From assembly GCA_964410585.1 (NCBI GenBank), contig CAYPFW010000002.1, forward strand, positions 32,001-96,000: 64,000 nucleotides of DNA, read 5' to 3'. Positions 1 to 10,013 of this stretch are shown in pieces. This DNA is from an uncultured archaeon. Lineage in GTDB: Archaea; Aenigmatarchaeota; Aenigmatarchaeia; QMZP01; JACQNV01. Numbering within the stretch: position 1 is the stretch's first letter; each line of letters opens with the position of its first letter. A model generated the notes under the pieces. That model searched no databases, was not told the DNA's origin, and worked only from the letters and a program-made list of their open reading frames with translations. The position numbers were made by a program, and so were the translations under genes.

Positions 1-21
1 TTCAAATTTTATTTTTCCTCA

Positions 22-1113
22 CTATTTCTCCCCATCTTTCAGTGAATTCATTTGTTCCTTCAAAAACCAAGGCATCTGTTTGTATGTGTATTTGAAAATA
101 TCCTCGAGCTCTGGTGGTTTTATTGATTCAACTTTTTTCACAGCGTCCTCAATTTGTTTTTGCAACTCTACCAAAAGTTTTTCCTCATCCTTCGCAGACC
201 AAAATCCTTTTGAGATCATATAGTTTTTCAACCTGTCTATTGGATCTCTTTTTTTCCATTCTTCCACTTCCTGCGCATCCCTATACTTTCCAGCATCGTC
301 TGCTGTTGTGTGGTCGCTCATTCTGTATGTATAGCATTCAATCAAAGTCGGCCCTCCGCCTGTTCCTGCTTTTTCAACAGCAGTTTTTGTTGCTTTGTAT
401 ACAGCAAAAACATCGTTTCCATCAACTTGTATTCCATCAAAACCATATGCAATTGCTTTCTGAGCTAAGCTAGAAGATCCTGTCTGCTTTTCCCTTGGAA
501 CAGAAATTGCAAATTGATTGTTTTGGCAAACAAAAACAACAGGAAGTTTGAAAACTCCTGCAAAATTCATCGCTTCATGAAAATCTCCTTCTGAAGTTGC
601 ACCATCGCCAAAATAAACCATTGAAACTGTATTTTTTTTCTGGATTTTTTGTGACCACGCAAAACCAGCAGCATGCAAACACTGTGTGGATACAGGAACA
701 GAAGCAGGAAAAACATTCACGCCATCTGGAAAACTGTCACCTCTTTCATCCCATCCATAGTAAAGGATAATATTTTCTAAAGGCACACCTCTCAAAAGAG
801 CAGCTGCATTTTCCCTAAAAGATTGGAACATCCAATCATCTTTTTCCAAAGCATATGCTGAGGCCACTTGAGCTTCCTGTCCTTTTATCGAAGCAAATGT
901 CCCAAGCCTTCCTTGCCTCTGTAGAGAAAGCATTTTCTCATCAGCAAGCCTCCCAAGAACCATGTATTTGTATATTTTTTTCAAATCATCTGGAGAAAGG
1001 TTTGGCATTTCTCCATGCACCTTTCCATTTTCATCTAGAATTTGTAGACTTTTTACAATAAAGGTGGTAAATGTGTTCCACTCTGTTTTTGGTTTTCTAT
1101 TGTATTTCCCCAT
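22..1113 (-). CDS. pdhA: Pyruvate (2-oxoacid) dehydrogenase E1 alpha subunit
   Basis: TPP motif GDGATSEGDFHEAMN..NN; LQRQGRLG; YRMSDHTTADD. Confidence 0.93.
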   Translation of the reverse strand: MGKYNRKPKTEWNTFTTFIVKSLQILDENGKVHGEMPNLSPDDLKKIYKYMVLGRLADEKMLSLQRQGRLGTFASIKGQEAQVASAYALEKDDWMFQSFRENAAALLRGVPLENIILYYGWDERGDSFPDGVNVFPASVPVSTQCLHAAGFAWSQKIQKKNTVSMVYFGDGATSEGDFHEAMNFAGVFKLPVVFVCQNNQFAISVPREKQTGSSSLAQKAIAYGFDGIQVDGNDVFAVYKATKTAVEKAGTGGGPTLIECYTYRMSDHTTADDAGKYRDAQEVEEWKKRDPIDRLKNYMISKGFWSAKDEEKLLVELQKQIEDAVKKVESIKPPELEDIFKYTYKQMPWFLKEQMNSLKDGEK

Positions 1114-1173
1114 TTTGCCCCCTATTTATAGTATTATTGCTGTTTCTATTAAAATATCATTAGAAAGAGAATA

Positions 1174-1458
1174 CTACTTACCGAGAGCCCATTTCTTCAA
1201 TTGATCATATGAAGCAAATCCACAAATAAATTTTCCTGTTTTTTTGTTGTAGAAAAAAGGCACTCCACCACATTTTCCCTGGTCATATTTTTGCAGAAGT
1301 TTTGCATTTTCCATGTTGTGCCAAACTTCGATTTTTACAATCTTTATTTTCTCTTCTTTTTCCAGTTTTTCAATATCAGGAGCCATTTGAATACAAAAAT
1401 GGCACTCTGTTCCGTAGAATTCTAGCAAGTCGCCTTGGTCATCTATCATAGTAACCAA
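1174..1458 (-). CDS. Thioredoxin/glutaredoxin-like protein
   Basis: EFYGTECHFC (CxxC), GVPFF cis-Pro loop. Confidence 0.85.
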   Translation of the reverse strand: MVTMIDDQGDLLEFYGTECHFCIQMAPDIEKLEKEEKIKIVKIEVWHNMENAKLLQKYDQGKCGGVPFFYNKKTGKFICGFASYDQLKKWALGK

Positions 1459-1500
1459 AAATATTTATTTCTTAACATTATATTTGTTAAATTGGTTTAT

Positions 1501-1713
1501 ATGGAAACAAAACCGCATATAGTAATCTTTCGTGGAAGACCACTCTTTTACTTAGATGTGATTCATCAAGAGCGAGGATATCAGGGAAATCCAACAAAAC
1601 AAAGAGCGCAAGCATTAGCAACTGCAATAGGGATAGCAAATAGTATATACACCAATGGAATTAGCGGCAAACCACTGATTTATCAACGTGGCTTTTCTGA
1701 TGAAGGGATTTAG
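1501..1713 (+). CDS. Hypothetical protein
   Basis: ATG at 1501 after an AT-rich promoter-like region; no recognised motif. Confidence 0.45.
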   Translation: METKPHIVIFRGRPLFYLDVIHQERGYQGNPTKQRAQALATAIGIANSIYTNGISGKPLIYQRGFSDEGI

Positions 1714-1721
1714 AAGATGAG

Positions 1722-2072
1722 ATGACAAATGAGCTTGGATTAGCTGACATAGATTTTGGGGTGCTAGATTTTGAATTTCCAGATGCAAATTCATTTCAAC
1801 CAGAACCTTATGATTCCTCCCCAGAAAGACATCAAGAAGACCTCATACCAATATTTCCAATAGATGTTGGGGAAGGTGTTGGGTTTCATCCAATTGTTAC
1901 AGAAACTCTTGATAGTCTTCCAACAACTCCTGAAAGATATCTTCTTCCAGAAACAGTACAACCGCTTGCTATAGCAAGTAGACCCTTAGAAGTTTGTCAC
2001 CAACTAGAGCCGCTTTTCAAAGGTGGTGAGAGAAGTCCGATAACAGAAATGATAAGAACATCTGTAGAGTAG
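1722..2072 (+). CDS. Hypothetical acidic Pro-rich protein
   Basis: 116-aa ORF directly after the previous one; no motif. Confidence 0.5.
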   Translation: MTNELGLADIDFGVLDFEFPDANSFQPEPYDSSPERHQEDLIPIFPIDVGEGVGFHPIVTETLDSLPTTPERYLLPETVQPLAIASRPLEVCHQLEPLFKGGERSPITEMIRTSVE

Positions 2073-2160
2073 CCACAGCTGTTTTGAGATTAGAAAAAGA
2101 GGGAAGATTTTATTATGAAGTTATGGAAGGAGAAGGGAAGCCTGTGAGGTTCTCTGAATT

Positions 2161-2259
2161 TTAATCCTCAAATCCCTCAATAAAATTTTTCACTAAGGTT
2201 CCTAAGTCATCTGAATATCCGCCCTCTAAAACAAAAAAAGTCGAAAGATTTAAGTTTTT
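2161..2259 (-). pseudogene. Orphan 3' fragment of a histone deacetylase gene
   Basis: Minus strand translates KNLNLSTFFVLEGGYSDDLGTLVKNFIEGFED*, containing the HDAC LEGGY motif. Confidence 0.8.
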
Positions 2260-2314
2260 CTTCGTGTACCATATCCATAGTAAACTATATAAATTTAAAA
2301 AGATAAATATAATT

Positions 2315-3637
2315 ATGATCGGTTTAAAAAAACTTCCTAAGGACGCTTACATAAAATTTGCCGGTTTTGAATATGATGATAAAAGAAGGATAGCAAAGGT
2401 GACGGAAAACTATGAATTTCTTAAAGACCTTATAAAAGACTTTTTGAGAAACTCAAAAGACGTTGCATCCGATTGTAAAAATATGGGGATACCCAGAGCT
2501 CTACCATATAAAATACTAAAATGGAAAAGAAAAATAAGACTCGAGTATTTATTAAAAATCTGCAACTATCTTCAAAGGAAAGAAGTGAGCAAATATACAG
2601 TAGAATTCTTGGAGAATAATATTTATTCGATAAGCTCAAATATTGGAGGTGAGATAATCCCATATATTAAAAAAGCGGACTATCTGGAAAGACGTTTCCC
2701 ATTTGATATTGAGAGCAAAGAAGCTATTATCTGTCTGACCTTCCCCATAGGAGATGGATACATACATAGAGATTACGAAAATCACGTCAGGCTGGGATAT
2801 ACAAATTCAAATATAGATTTACATGAAAAAGTTATAAGGTGTGTATGCGATACATTCGGACAAGTAAGCTATTCTAGGAGGCCCATAGCCGGTGGGTACG
2901 AAACTTTTTTCACGGGCATATTAGGAAAAATATATGTAGATTCTTTGGGATTTATATGTGGAAATAAACTGAGACACGATTTCGGACTACCAAAAATTCT
3001 TTTGGATTTATGTAAAAATAAAGAGTTTGTAGGCCCATTTATTTCACAGTTGATAGACGATGAAGGGAGTTTTGGACTCGGTGGCCTGTATATAACCATG
3101 TCGGCAGGAGACAAATCTGCGAGCAAATCCAAACACAAAAATATAAGTAAGGACAATTTAGATCCTCCAGCCGTATTAAAACAAACTAAAAGCATTTTAA
3201 ATAAAATTGGAATAGATGCCAAGTTCAGGAAACCAAGCCAGAATTTTGATAGGGGAAAAAATGTATGGAAACTGATTCACAATCTTAATGTCGTAAACCT
3301 AGATGACCTTCTTACACTTTATTTAATTTTAGATATTAAAAGACTGCCACTGAAAAACAAAATACATACAAGACTCAAATTCTATAGTAAAATAATTAGA
3401 ATATTGTATGAGATAGAGGATGGTGTGGGGCATTTTACTATAGGAGATATTGCAGAAAGGCTTAATGTTTCTCAGGTTTCTGCAAAAAATTACTACCAAA
3501 CTTTAAAAAGAGCCAATTTTGTGAAGCTTGTAAAGAGACATTATTATCTGCATGAAAATGGGGGCCATAAATTTGTACCAAGTGGATACAAGCTTACAAT
3601 ACCCAGTGATCTGAAAGAACTCCTTTTATCTTTCTGA
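2315..3637 (+). CDS. Free-standing double-motif LAGLIDADG endonuclease-like protein with C-terminal wHTH
   Basis: Motifs LTFPIGDGYI and FISQLIDDEGSF; C-terminal TIGDIAERLNVSQVSAKNYYQTL HTH; ATG 2315 preferred over GTG 2264. Confidence 0.75.
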   Translation: MIGLKKLPKDAYIKFAGFEYDDKRRIAKVTENYEFLKDLIKDFLRNSKDVASDCKNMGIPRALPYKILKWKRKIRLEYLLKICNYLQRKEVSKYTVEFLENNIYSISSNIGGEIIPYIKKADYLERRFPFDIESKEAIICLTFPIGDGYIHRDYENHVRLGYTNSNIDLHEKVIRCVCDTFGQVSYSRRPIAGGYETFFTGILGKIYVDSLGFICGNKLRHDFGLPKILLDLCKNKEFVGPFISQLIDDEGSFGLGGLYITMSAGDKSASKSKHKNISKDNLDPPAVLKQTKSILNKIGIDAKFRKPSQNFDRGKNVWKLIHNLNVVNLDDLLTLYLILDIKRLPLKNKIHTRLKFYSKIIRILYEIEDGVGHFTIGDIAERLNVSQVSAKNYYQTLKRANFVKLVKRHYYLHENGGHKFVPSGYKLTIPSDLKELLLSF

Positions 3638-4550
3638 GCCTCTCTTGATACTGGGTCCAAACAGAAATTTCAGACTTTCTGATCTCTTCAAAGGTCGGAT
3701 TGGACCTTTTTTCTAATCCATCAAAAAAAGAAACCGCACATTTTGGAAGCCAATCTAAATTATAACCACCTTCCAACACACCAAATATTCTGGGAAACTT
3801 GTTGGCCACTAACCTTCCAATTTCATAGTATGTATTTGTTGAAATATTCATCTGGGTAATTGGATCCGACCAATGGGCATCAAAACCAGCAGAAAGGGCC
3901 ACAAGATTGGGTTTGAACTGATCCAATATCTGAAGAATTTTATTAAATGAATCAAAGTATATGTCATCCCCAGTGTTAAGCGGCAACGGAAAGTTGATAT
4001 TAAATCCTTCCCCCCTCCCTTCACCTATTTCATCTACCCATCCTGTTCCGGGGTATGAAGGATACTGATGGAGAGAAATGTATAAAACATTAGGATTTGA
4101 ATAAAAGATATCAGAAGTCCCATCGCCACAATGATTGTCGAAATCAATTATAGCAATCTTCTCATATTTAGGGAGAATTTTTGCAACTGCAATAGCCAAA
4201 TTGTTGAAATAGCAAAATCCGCCGACAGCCTGTTTTTTTGCATGGTGTCCTGGAGGCCTAGACAAAGAAAAACCAAGCACCTGTGCAGCCTTTATCGCAG
4301 AACCAGCAGACACAAGAGGATATTTTATATCAATAACAGGTGTATCCCAGTCAAAATATTTCCCTTCTCTAACATTTTTCCAGTGTTCTTTTGTATGGAC
4401 TTTTTCTATATCGCCCTCTGTTACCTTTTCCGGTTTGAGGAATTGGTGATTGTTTTTCAGAGATTCGTATATTCTTTCAACTCTAGAAGGTGATTCAGGA
4501 TGTCCTGATTTTGAATATTCTAAACAAATTGGATCATAGATGATTTTCAT
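3594..4550 (-). CDS. Histone deacetylase / AcuC family protein
   Basis: HPESPSR, RPPGHHA, GFCYFNN, DFDNHCGDGT, SAGFDAH, LEGGY. Confidence 0.95.
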   Translation of the reverse strand: MKIIYDPICLEYSKSGHPESPSRVERIYESLKNNHQFLKPEKVTEGDIEKVHTKEHWKNVREGKYFDWDTPVIDIKYPLVSAGSAIKAAQVLGFSLSRPPGHHAKKQAVGGFCYFNNLAIAVAKILPKYEKIAIIDFDNHCGDGTSDIFYSNPNVLYISLHQYPSYPGTGWVDEIGEGRGEGFNINFPLPLNTGDDIYFDSFNKILQILDQFKPNLVALSAGFDAHWSDPITQMNISTNTYYEIGRLVANKFPRIFGVLEGGYNLDWLPKCAVSFFDGLEKRSNPTFEEIRKSEISVWTQYQERLRKIKGVLSDHWVL

Positions 4551-4558
4551 ATTTACTT

Positions 4559-4607
4559 ATTTTTTCTTTAGGAAAGAAAAAGCCACCGTACCAAAAAGAA
4601 ACTACTA
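4559..4607 (+). repeat. Dispersed hairpin module A flanked by a 13-bp near-perfect direct repeat
   Basis: TTTTTCTTT-AGG-AAAGAAAAA-GCCACCGTACCAAAAAGAAACTAC; flanks TTCATATTTACTT (4546-4558) and TTCATATATACTT (4608-4620). Confidence 0.7.
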
Positions 4608-4638
4608 TTCATATATACTTCTGATCAAAATAATAGAT

Positions 4639-5919
4639 ATGTTGGACATAAGGCTCATTAGGGAAAATCCAAAAGAGGTCCGCGAAAACCTTAAGAGAAG
4701 GAAAAATCCAGAGATTCTGAAATATTTAGACGAAGTTATAGCAAAAGACGAAGAATACAGAAAAATCCTCAAAACAATGGAAGAGCTCCGCCACAAAAGA
4801 AATGATGTTGGTTTGAAAATTGCAGAACTAAAAAAGAAAAAACAAAATGTAGACACCCTTGTCAAAGATATGCAAAAAGTTGGAAAAGATATAGATGAAT
4901 ACACAAAAAAAGTTGATGAGTTAAAAGATGAAATTAAACTGATTCTAATGTCAATACCAAATCTTCTACATGAATCTGTGCCATATGGAAAAGATGATTC
5001 AGAAAATGTTGAAGTAAAAAAAATCGGCGAAAAACCAAAATTCAACTTTGAACCAAAAAACCATTTTGATCTTCTTGTAAATTTAGGTTTAATTGAACAG
5101 GAAAAAGCAAACAAGGTCTCTGGCCACGGTTTTTTCTATTTGAAAAATCAGCTTGCTATACTCGATTTAGCTCTCCAAAGATTTGGCATAGATCATCTTT
5201 TGAAAAAAGGTTTTACTTTGATCGAACCACCTTTGATGCTTACAAGAAAAGCATATGAAGGCGTCACTGACCTCAAAGATTTTGAAAATGTGATGTACAA
5301 AATTGAAAATGAGGACTTATACATGATTGCAACAGCCGAACATCCTATAGCCTCGATGTTTATGGATGATGTTGTGAATTTGGATGATCTTCCTTTGAAG
5401 TTTGTCGGTGTCTCACCTTGTTTTAGAAAAGAAGTTGGAGCCCACGGAAAATATACAAAAGGCTTGTTCAGGATGCACCAATTCAACAAGGTCGAACAGT
5501 TTGTTTTTTGCCACCCAAATGAGTCTTGGAAAATACACGAAGAGCTCCAAAAAAACACAGAGGAAATTTTCTCAGCTTTGGAAATCCCTTTCAGGGTTGT
5601 AAACATTTGCACAGGCGACATAGGAATAATTGCCTCAAAAAAATATGATGTCGAAGGTTTGATGGCAGATGGTGTATATAGAGAACTTGCATCAAACTCA
5701 AACTGCACAGATTACCAAGCAAGAAGGCTCAATATTCGTTTTAGGGAAAAAGAAGGCCAAGCACCTTCTGGTTTTGTGCACACTTTGAACAACACAGCTA
5801 TAGCAACCTCACGTGCAATGGTTTTGCTTTTAGAAAATCATCAAAGAACAGACGGGTCTATCAAAATACCAAAAGCTCTTGTTCCATATACTGGTTTTAA
5901 GGAAATTGTCAAGAAATAA
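4639..5919 (+). CDS. serS: Serine--tRNA ligase
   Basis: MLDIRLIRENP start, coiled-coil arm, TAEHP, FRKEVG, GLFRMHQF, SNCTDYQARR, HTLNNT. Confidence 0.97.
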   Translation: MLDIRLIRENPKEVRENLKRRKNPEILKYLDEVIAKDEEYRKILKTMEELRHKRNDVGLKIAELKKKKQNVDTLVKDMQKVGKDIDEYTKKVDELKDEIKLILMSIPNLLHESVPYGKDDSENVEVKKIGEKPKFNFEPKNHFDLLVNLGLIEQEKANKVSGHGFFYLKNQLAILDLALQRFGIDHLLKKGFTLIEPPLMLTRKAYEGVTDLKDFENVMYKIENEDLYMIATAEHPIASMFMDDVVNLDDLPLKFVGVSPCFRKEVGAHGKYTKGLFRMHQFNKVEQFVFCHPNESWKIHEELQKNTEEIFSALEIPFRVVNICTGDIGIIASKKYDVEGLMADGVYRELASNSNCTDYQARRLNIRFREKEGQAPSGFVHTLNNTAIATSRAMVLLLENHQRTDGSIKIPKALVPYTGFKEIVKK

Positions 5920-6026
5920 CTACCTTCTTTGATATCTTTAACTAATTATTTTATCTAAAAGTAAACTTTTCCTATATAACTTTACATAGTGATACCTTTA
6001 TAAAGCAAAGGAAATAATAAACGGGT

Positions 6027-6710
6027 ATGACAGGAACAGCAATAAGGCCAAGGTATGGACAAAGTAGATTACAACCATATTTAGGAGATAATAATAGACT
6101 TGTATCTCCAGTTCAACAGCAAATGTCTAAAGCATTTAGAAATTATTTAGAGTCTAGGAAAAGAATAGATGAAGATAGACGCATCCACCCCCTTGAAAGA
6201 GTTGTGAGAAAGCTTCATCTTTTAGATAGGACAATTGTTGACTATGAAGGAAATTTATCAAGAGTTGAATTGAATAGTCTTGCAACAGACAATACAAAGC
6301 TTCTTGCAATTACAGAGGCTTATATAGAAGCAGCAAAAAGAATAAGGGATGGAGAAGCAACAGACGATTTAGCGCTTGTATATTTGCATCATACTCCATT
6401 ATCTGATTTTGTGGGTGCTTATACTGGCAGTAGAAGAAAGCTTGGTGGAGCCATTCTAGAGGAAATTTTGAGTGGAAGAAAACCAGAACTCTATGCACTC
6501 TTAGTTGAGGAGCCAACAATGAGTGGAAGACATGAAATGGTTATACCAGCCAAAAACCTTCCTGAATTTAGGACAAGATTTGAAAGTTATTTTAAACAGG
6601 AAGCCGGAATAGTGCCAATTGAACCAAAGAAAATAAAGCCAGAAGATGAAATGAGTTCAGAAGAAGCAAAAAGGCTTATTAAAACAAGTGAGTGGCCTGC
6701 TGACTTGTAA
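6027..6710 (+). CDS. Hypothetical protein
   Basis: 227-aa ORF with TTTATAA box upstream. Confidence 0.7.
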   Translation: MTGTAIRPRYGQSRLQPYLGDNNRLVSPVQQQMSKAFRNYLESRKRIDEDRRIHPLERVVRKLHLLDRTIVDYEGNLSRVELNSLATDNTKLLAITEAYIEAAKRIRDGEATDDLALVYLHHTPLSDFVGAYTGSRRKLGGAILEEILSGRKPELYALLVEEPTMSGRHEMVIPAKNLPEFRTRFESYFKQEAGIVPIEPKKIKPEDEMSSEEAKRLIKTSEWPADL

Positions 6711-6743
6711 TTTCTTTTTATTTATACCACAACAATTATTACC

Positions 6744-7115
6744 ATGCCGATGGATATAGACGCTAATTTTAGAAGAATTCTTTGGTATATTTTCGCAGGT
6801 ATGCGAGGCGGTCCAACAAGGATACAGTTAGTTGAACTTATTTTAGCCAGGCCATCCAACATGAACCAAATTAGCAAAGAACTGAATATGGACTACAAAA
6901 CAATTCAACATCATATCAAAGTTCTTACAGAAAACAGAATTATAGTTTCAGAGGAAAAGAAATATGGGACAATGTTCTTCCCCTCAGCACTTTTGGAAAA
7001 GAATAAGGATGCTTTCGGCGAAATAAAAGAAAAGATAAAAAAAGACCAGGAAAAAAAAGAAGCAAGGAAAAAAATGTTTGAGAGATTGGATGCTGAGTCA
7101 AACCAAGCAAAATAG
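6744..7115 (+). CDS. ArsR-type winged-helix transcriptional regulator (archaeal)
   Basis: LWYIFAGMRGGPTR..NMNQISKELNMDYKTIQHHIKVL. Confidence 0.88.
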   Translation: MPMDIDANFRRILWYIFAGMRGGPTRIQLVELILARPSNMNQISKELNMDYKTIQHHIKVLTENRIIVSEEKKYGTMFFPSALLEKNKDAFGEIKEKIKKDQEKKEARKKMFERLDAESNQAK

Positions 7116-7203
7116 TCCCTATGCTATAAGGGACAACTAAGGTAAAAGGATAAAAATGTAAAGATATGAAATCAACACTATAGGAGCTCAAAATTAGAAT
7201 ACT

Positions 7204-7497
7204 ATGGTAATACCACCAATTGAGGATTTGATAGTAACTGGGTTTAATTTAGCAAACGTTGCCCTAGCTATTATTTTAGCTATAATTTATGGTAAAAATC
7301 TAAAAACTATAAGATCTAGTTTTACTATTAGCTTGTTTGTTTTTTCATTTGCTCTTTTATTTGAAAATCTGTCTAACCTTTATTGGTTCGGCTCCCTTAT
7401 TTTAGCTAACCAATATGGTATAACTCTTTTTCAACTGAGTACAAATATTATAGAATTTATTGCTCTTGCTGTTCTAGTTCGTCTTAGCTTTAAATGA
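7204..7497 (+). CDS. Small 3-TM membrane protein next to the ArsR-type regulator
   Basis: Three hydrophobic helices; FTISLFVFS..FEN. Confidence 0.75.
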   Translation: MVIPPIEDLIVTGFNLANVALAIILAIIYGKNLKTIRSSFTISLFVFSFALLFENLSNLYWFGSLILANQYGITLFQLSTNIIEFIALAVLVRLSFK

Positions 7498-8202
7498 TTT
7501 GTTATAAATTTCCCATAATGTTTTATCTTCTTTTCTAAATTTTATTAACTCAATTATTTTTGTGAAAAACACGAAAAACAAAATCACTCCAATGAACCCA
7601 AAAATACTAATATTGAACTCAATACCTGTTTTTAGTATATTTGTCGCAAAATCTCCAAATACAGTAACTGTTAGAGTATTGCTTATGTAGGCAGTGAATA
7701 TTCCAACAAAACAATATCCAAGTTCTAACATCATCCACTGTGGTTCAAAAAATGCAGTCAGAACAAGGTAAACTATATACCTTATTGCAGTAAACCCATA
7801 CATTGAAAAGAACATATTCCCACCTGTTATAAAAAATAGGAAGGGTGCAGCATTACCGGACACAAAAAGAGACACGGCATCTTTTATAGTGTATCCAGGA
7901 TATTCCAGTGGTGCAAAAATCCTAGAAAACAACATTAGAGATGCCCCAAAAAGACCACCGTAAAATCCCCCTAAGTTTAAGGCTATCACAAAACTAAGAA
8001 AATCAATTATTTCAGAATCTTTTGTAAATGAAGAAAGAAATGCAGGCACCCTGCTCCACAAGCCAACAACAGCGAACATAAATAGTGTAGAAAGAGTTGT
8101 GTTGATTGGAATTGTAATTAAAGAAAGAACAAATAAACCTAGGCTTGCATACTTCAGTTCTTTGAACCTAATTATTTGTTCTAACCCCATATGCTTTTGC
8201 AA
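7474..8202 (-). CDS. Multi-pass membrane protein
   Basis: About 7 hydrophobic segments. Confidence 0.75.
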   Translation of the reverse strand: MQKHMGLEQIIRFKELKYASLGLFVLSLITIPINTTLSTLFMFAVVGLWSRVPAFLSSFTKDSEIIDFLSFVIALNLGGFYGGLFGASLMLFSRIFAPLEYPGYTIKDAVSLFVSGNAAPFLFFITGGNMFFSMYGFTAIRYIVYLVLTAFFEPQWMMLELGYCFVGIFTAYISNTLTVTVFGDFATNILKTGIEFNISIFGFIGVILFFVFFTKIIELIKFRKEDKTLWEIYNKSFKAKTN

Positions 8203-8417
8203 ACCTCACAAAGCTTGAAAATTGTTTTTGCTCCGTTGAACCAGACGTGTTTTGATTCTATATGCCCCATGCAAACTGTTTTTAGGCATCTATCGCAAAC
8301 CCTTTGACAGTTGTGACAAGTTCTCTCTGAACACACTCTGCAAAGAGGGCTGGGTCTGATAATGTTGACAAACGACTTGCAAATTTTGCACTCTTCGATA
8401 GACTCCATATTTGTCAC
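8181..8417 (-). CDS. Small Cys-rich zinc-binding protein
   Basis: Five CxxC pairs plus CxxH in 78 aa. Confidence 0.75.
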   Translation of the reverse strand: MTNMESIEECKICKSFVNIIRPSPLCRVCSERTCHNCQRVCDRCLKTVCMGHIESKHVWFNGAKTIFKLCEVCKSIWG

Positions 8418-8513
8418 TGATTAATAATTATAACTCTTAAATACTTAAGTTTTTGGAGAAAATTATCTTAGATTTTAAGATAAACTTATAAATATCAAAG
8501 ACAAATTAAGAGT

Positions 8514-9008
8514 ATGAAAGCAAAAAAGCTCGAAAACACTCAAAATTTAGGACCGATGGATGCAAAGGATAGAATATTATTCAATGCACTATCAGCTAAT
8601 TCGAGAGAAAAGCTTACATCCCTTGCAAAGAAGGTAGACCTGTCTATAGATTCTACTAAGAAAAGGGTGCAAAGATTAGAGAAATTGGGAATCATATCAA
8701 GGTATACAATAATGCCAGATCCAGTAGCCTACGGCGATGAGATGTCTGTTCACATTTTCCTTAAATTCAAAAATGTCTCAAAAGAAAGGTTTGATGCTCT
8801 GGTTGAAAAGCTAGTGAGAAATAAGAAGATAATTGATGTATTTTCCATGATGGGAATGTATGATTTCTTTATAGTTTACATTGGAAAAAATGCAGATGAG
8901 TTCAACAGCTTTGAAATGCAAATACGCCACGAGTTCGGTGACATAATTGATCAGTGGGTCTCAATGCTAATAACAAAATACTACAAGCTTGAGGAATACT
9001 TGGTTTAA
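8514..9008 (+). CDS. Lrp/AsnC family regulator
   Basis: MDAKDRILFNALSANSR..LAKKVDLS..KRVQRLEKLGII HTH; GMYD in RAM domain. Confidence 0.92.
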   Translation: MKAKKLENTQNLGPMDAKDRILFNALSANSREKLTSLAKKVDLSIDSTKKRVQRLEKLGIISRYTIMPDPVAYGDEMSVHIFLKFKNVSKERFDALVEKLVRNKKIIDVFSMMGMYDFFIVYIGKNADEFNSFEMQIRHEFGDIIDQWVSMLITKYYKLEEYLV

Positions 9009-9366
9009 GCCTTTTACTAAAGGCTTATGCCATCAGGATTGGAAACTGACTTCGTCAGTTTCGGTTTCCGCGGAGGCTAAAAAACTGCTCATTTCGATTC
9101 GCAGTTTTTTTACGCCTTCCATATTCGTATAATAGTTTCTCTTGGGATACCTTACCACTTCTCTTTTCTAAAGAGAAGGGGGAGAGATTTGGGTATTAGT
9201 TGGGTCTAAAACAGGTCAATATTTATATACTGTCCAAAAGAACGTGTATATAGAAATCAGCAATTACGAGATACGAGAGTTGCCTCCCTTGTATCTCCGA
9301 GTTGATTTTGTTTTAAACGTCATTACTTCTGGACTTACCCCGGGTTTTCTCGGGGATTTAGTCCTG
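9006..9366. repeat. Mosaic of dispersed hairpin modules (F, C, B reverse, A reverse) plus further hairpins
   Basis: TAAGCCTTT/AAAGGCTTA; TTGGAA-ACTGAC-TTC-GTCAGT-TTCGGTTTCCG; GGAGGCTA..TACGCCTTCC (9072-9120); CTTCTCTTT/AAAGAGAAG. Confidence 0.75.
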
Positions 9367-9374
9367 CTAATTAT

Positions 9375-10013
9375 ATGAAATTTCTTGTCTTAGTTATTTT
9401 TGGATTGATTTTTGTTAGTGGTTGCATTTCTCAAGTACCAAAAGAGGTAAAGCAAATGCAAATTCTTGTTAAAGATTCTACTACTAATCTACCAATAAAG
9501 GATGCACAGATAATTTTTAGTGTTTTCTGCGCAAACCCGAATGAAGATGATCCAACATGTGGCGGAATGTATGATAGAGTAAATGCAAAAACAGATTCAA
9601 GTGGTCTGTTTATTTACAACCCCTCTGATAAAACCCCATCGATTTCAAATATTTTATTTTTCGAAGTTGGAGAAGTTGATGGATATTATAAAAATACTGA
9701 AACCCATTCAGCATTTGATTTTAATAACGATGGGGTGTCAGAAGCTGTAGTGAAACTAATCCCAAAAAGTGTTCCAATTTCTCCAGAAAAAGCAGAACAA
9801 GTAGCTGAAGCAGATTACAGAGTCCAAAATCTAATTAAGTCTGCACCTATCTTGACCAAAAGAACAAGCTCGTGGGAAGGTAATTGGATCGTTGTCTTTG
9901 AGCTTGCTCCAGAAACAGCTATAGCACAAATAGTTCTCACAATTAGCCCACAGACAGGAAAAATAGTTGACTATAAAGAATACACACAGAACGATCTTAA
10001 TTATATGGATTAG
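9375..10013 (+). CDS. Putative lipoprotein
   Basis: Signal peptide with lipobox-like VSGC. Confidence 0.8.
   Translation: MKFLVLVIFGLIFVSGCISQVPKEVKQMQILVKDSTTNLPIKDAQIIFSVFCANPNEDDPTCGGMYDRVNAKTDSSGLFIYNPSDKTPSISNILFFEVGEVDGYYKNTETHSAFDFNNDGVSEAVVKLIPKSVPISPEKAEQVAEADYRVQNLIKSAPILTKRTSSWEGNWIVVFELAPETAIAQIVLTISPQTGKIVDYKEYTQNDLNYMD

Noticed and set aside
2030-2164. Possible frameshifted extension of ORF 1722 (NRNDKNICRVATAVLRL..)
   Set aside because: The alternate frame is open for about 44 codons but has no recognisable motif or slippery site.
2315-3637. Intein or intron-encoded endonuclease
   Set aside because: No intein splice motifs and antisense to the HDAC; treated as free-standing.
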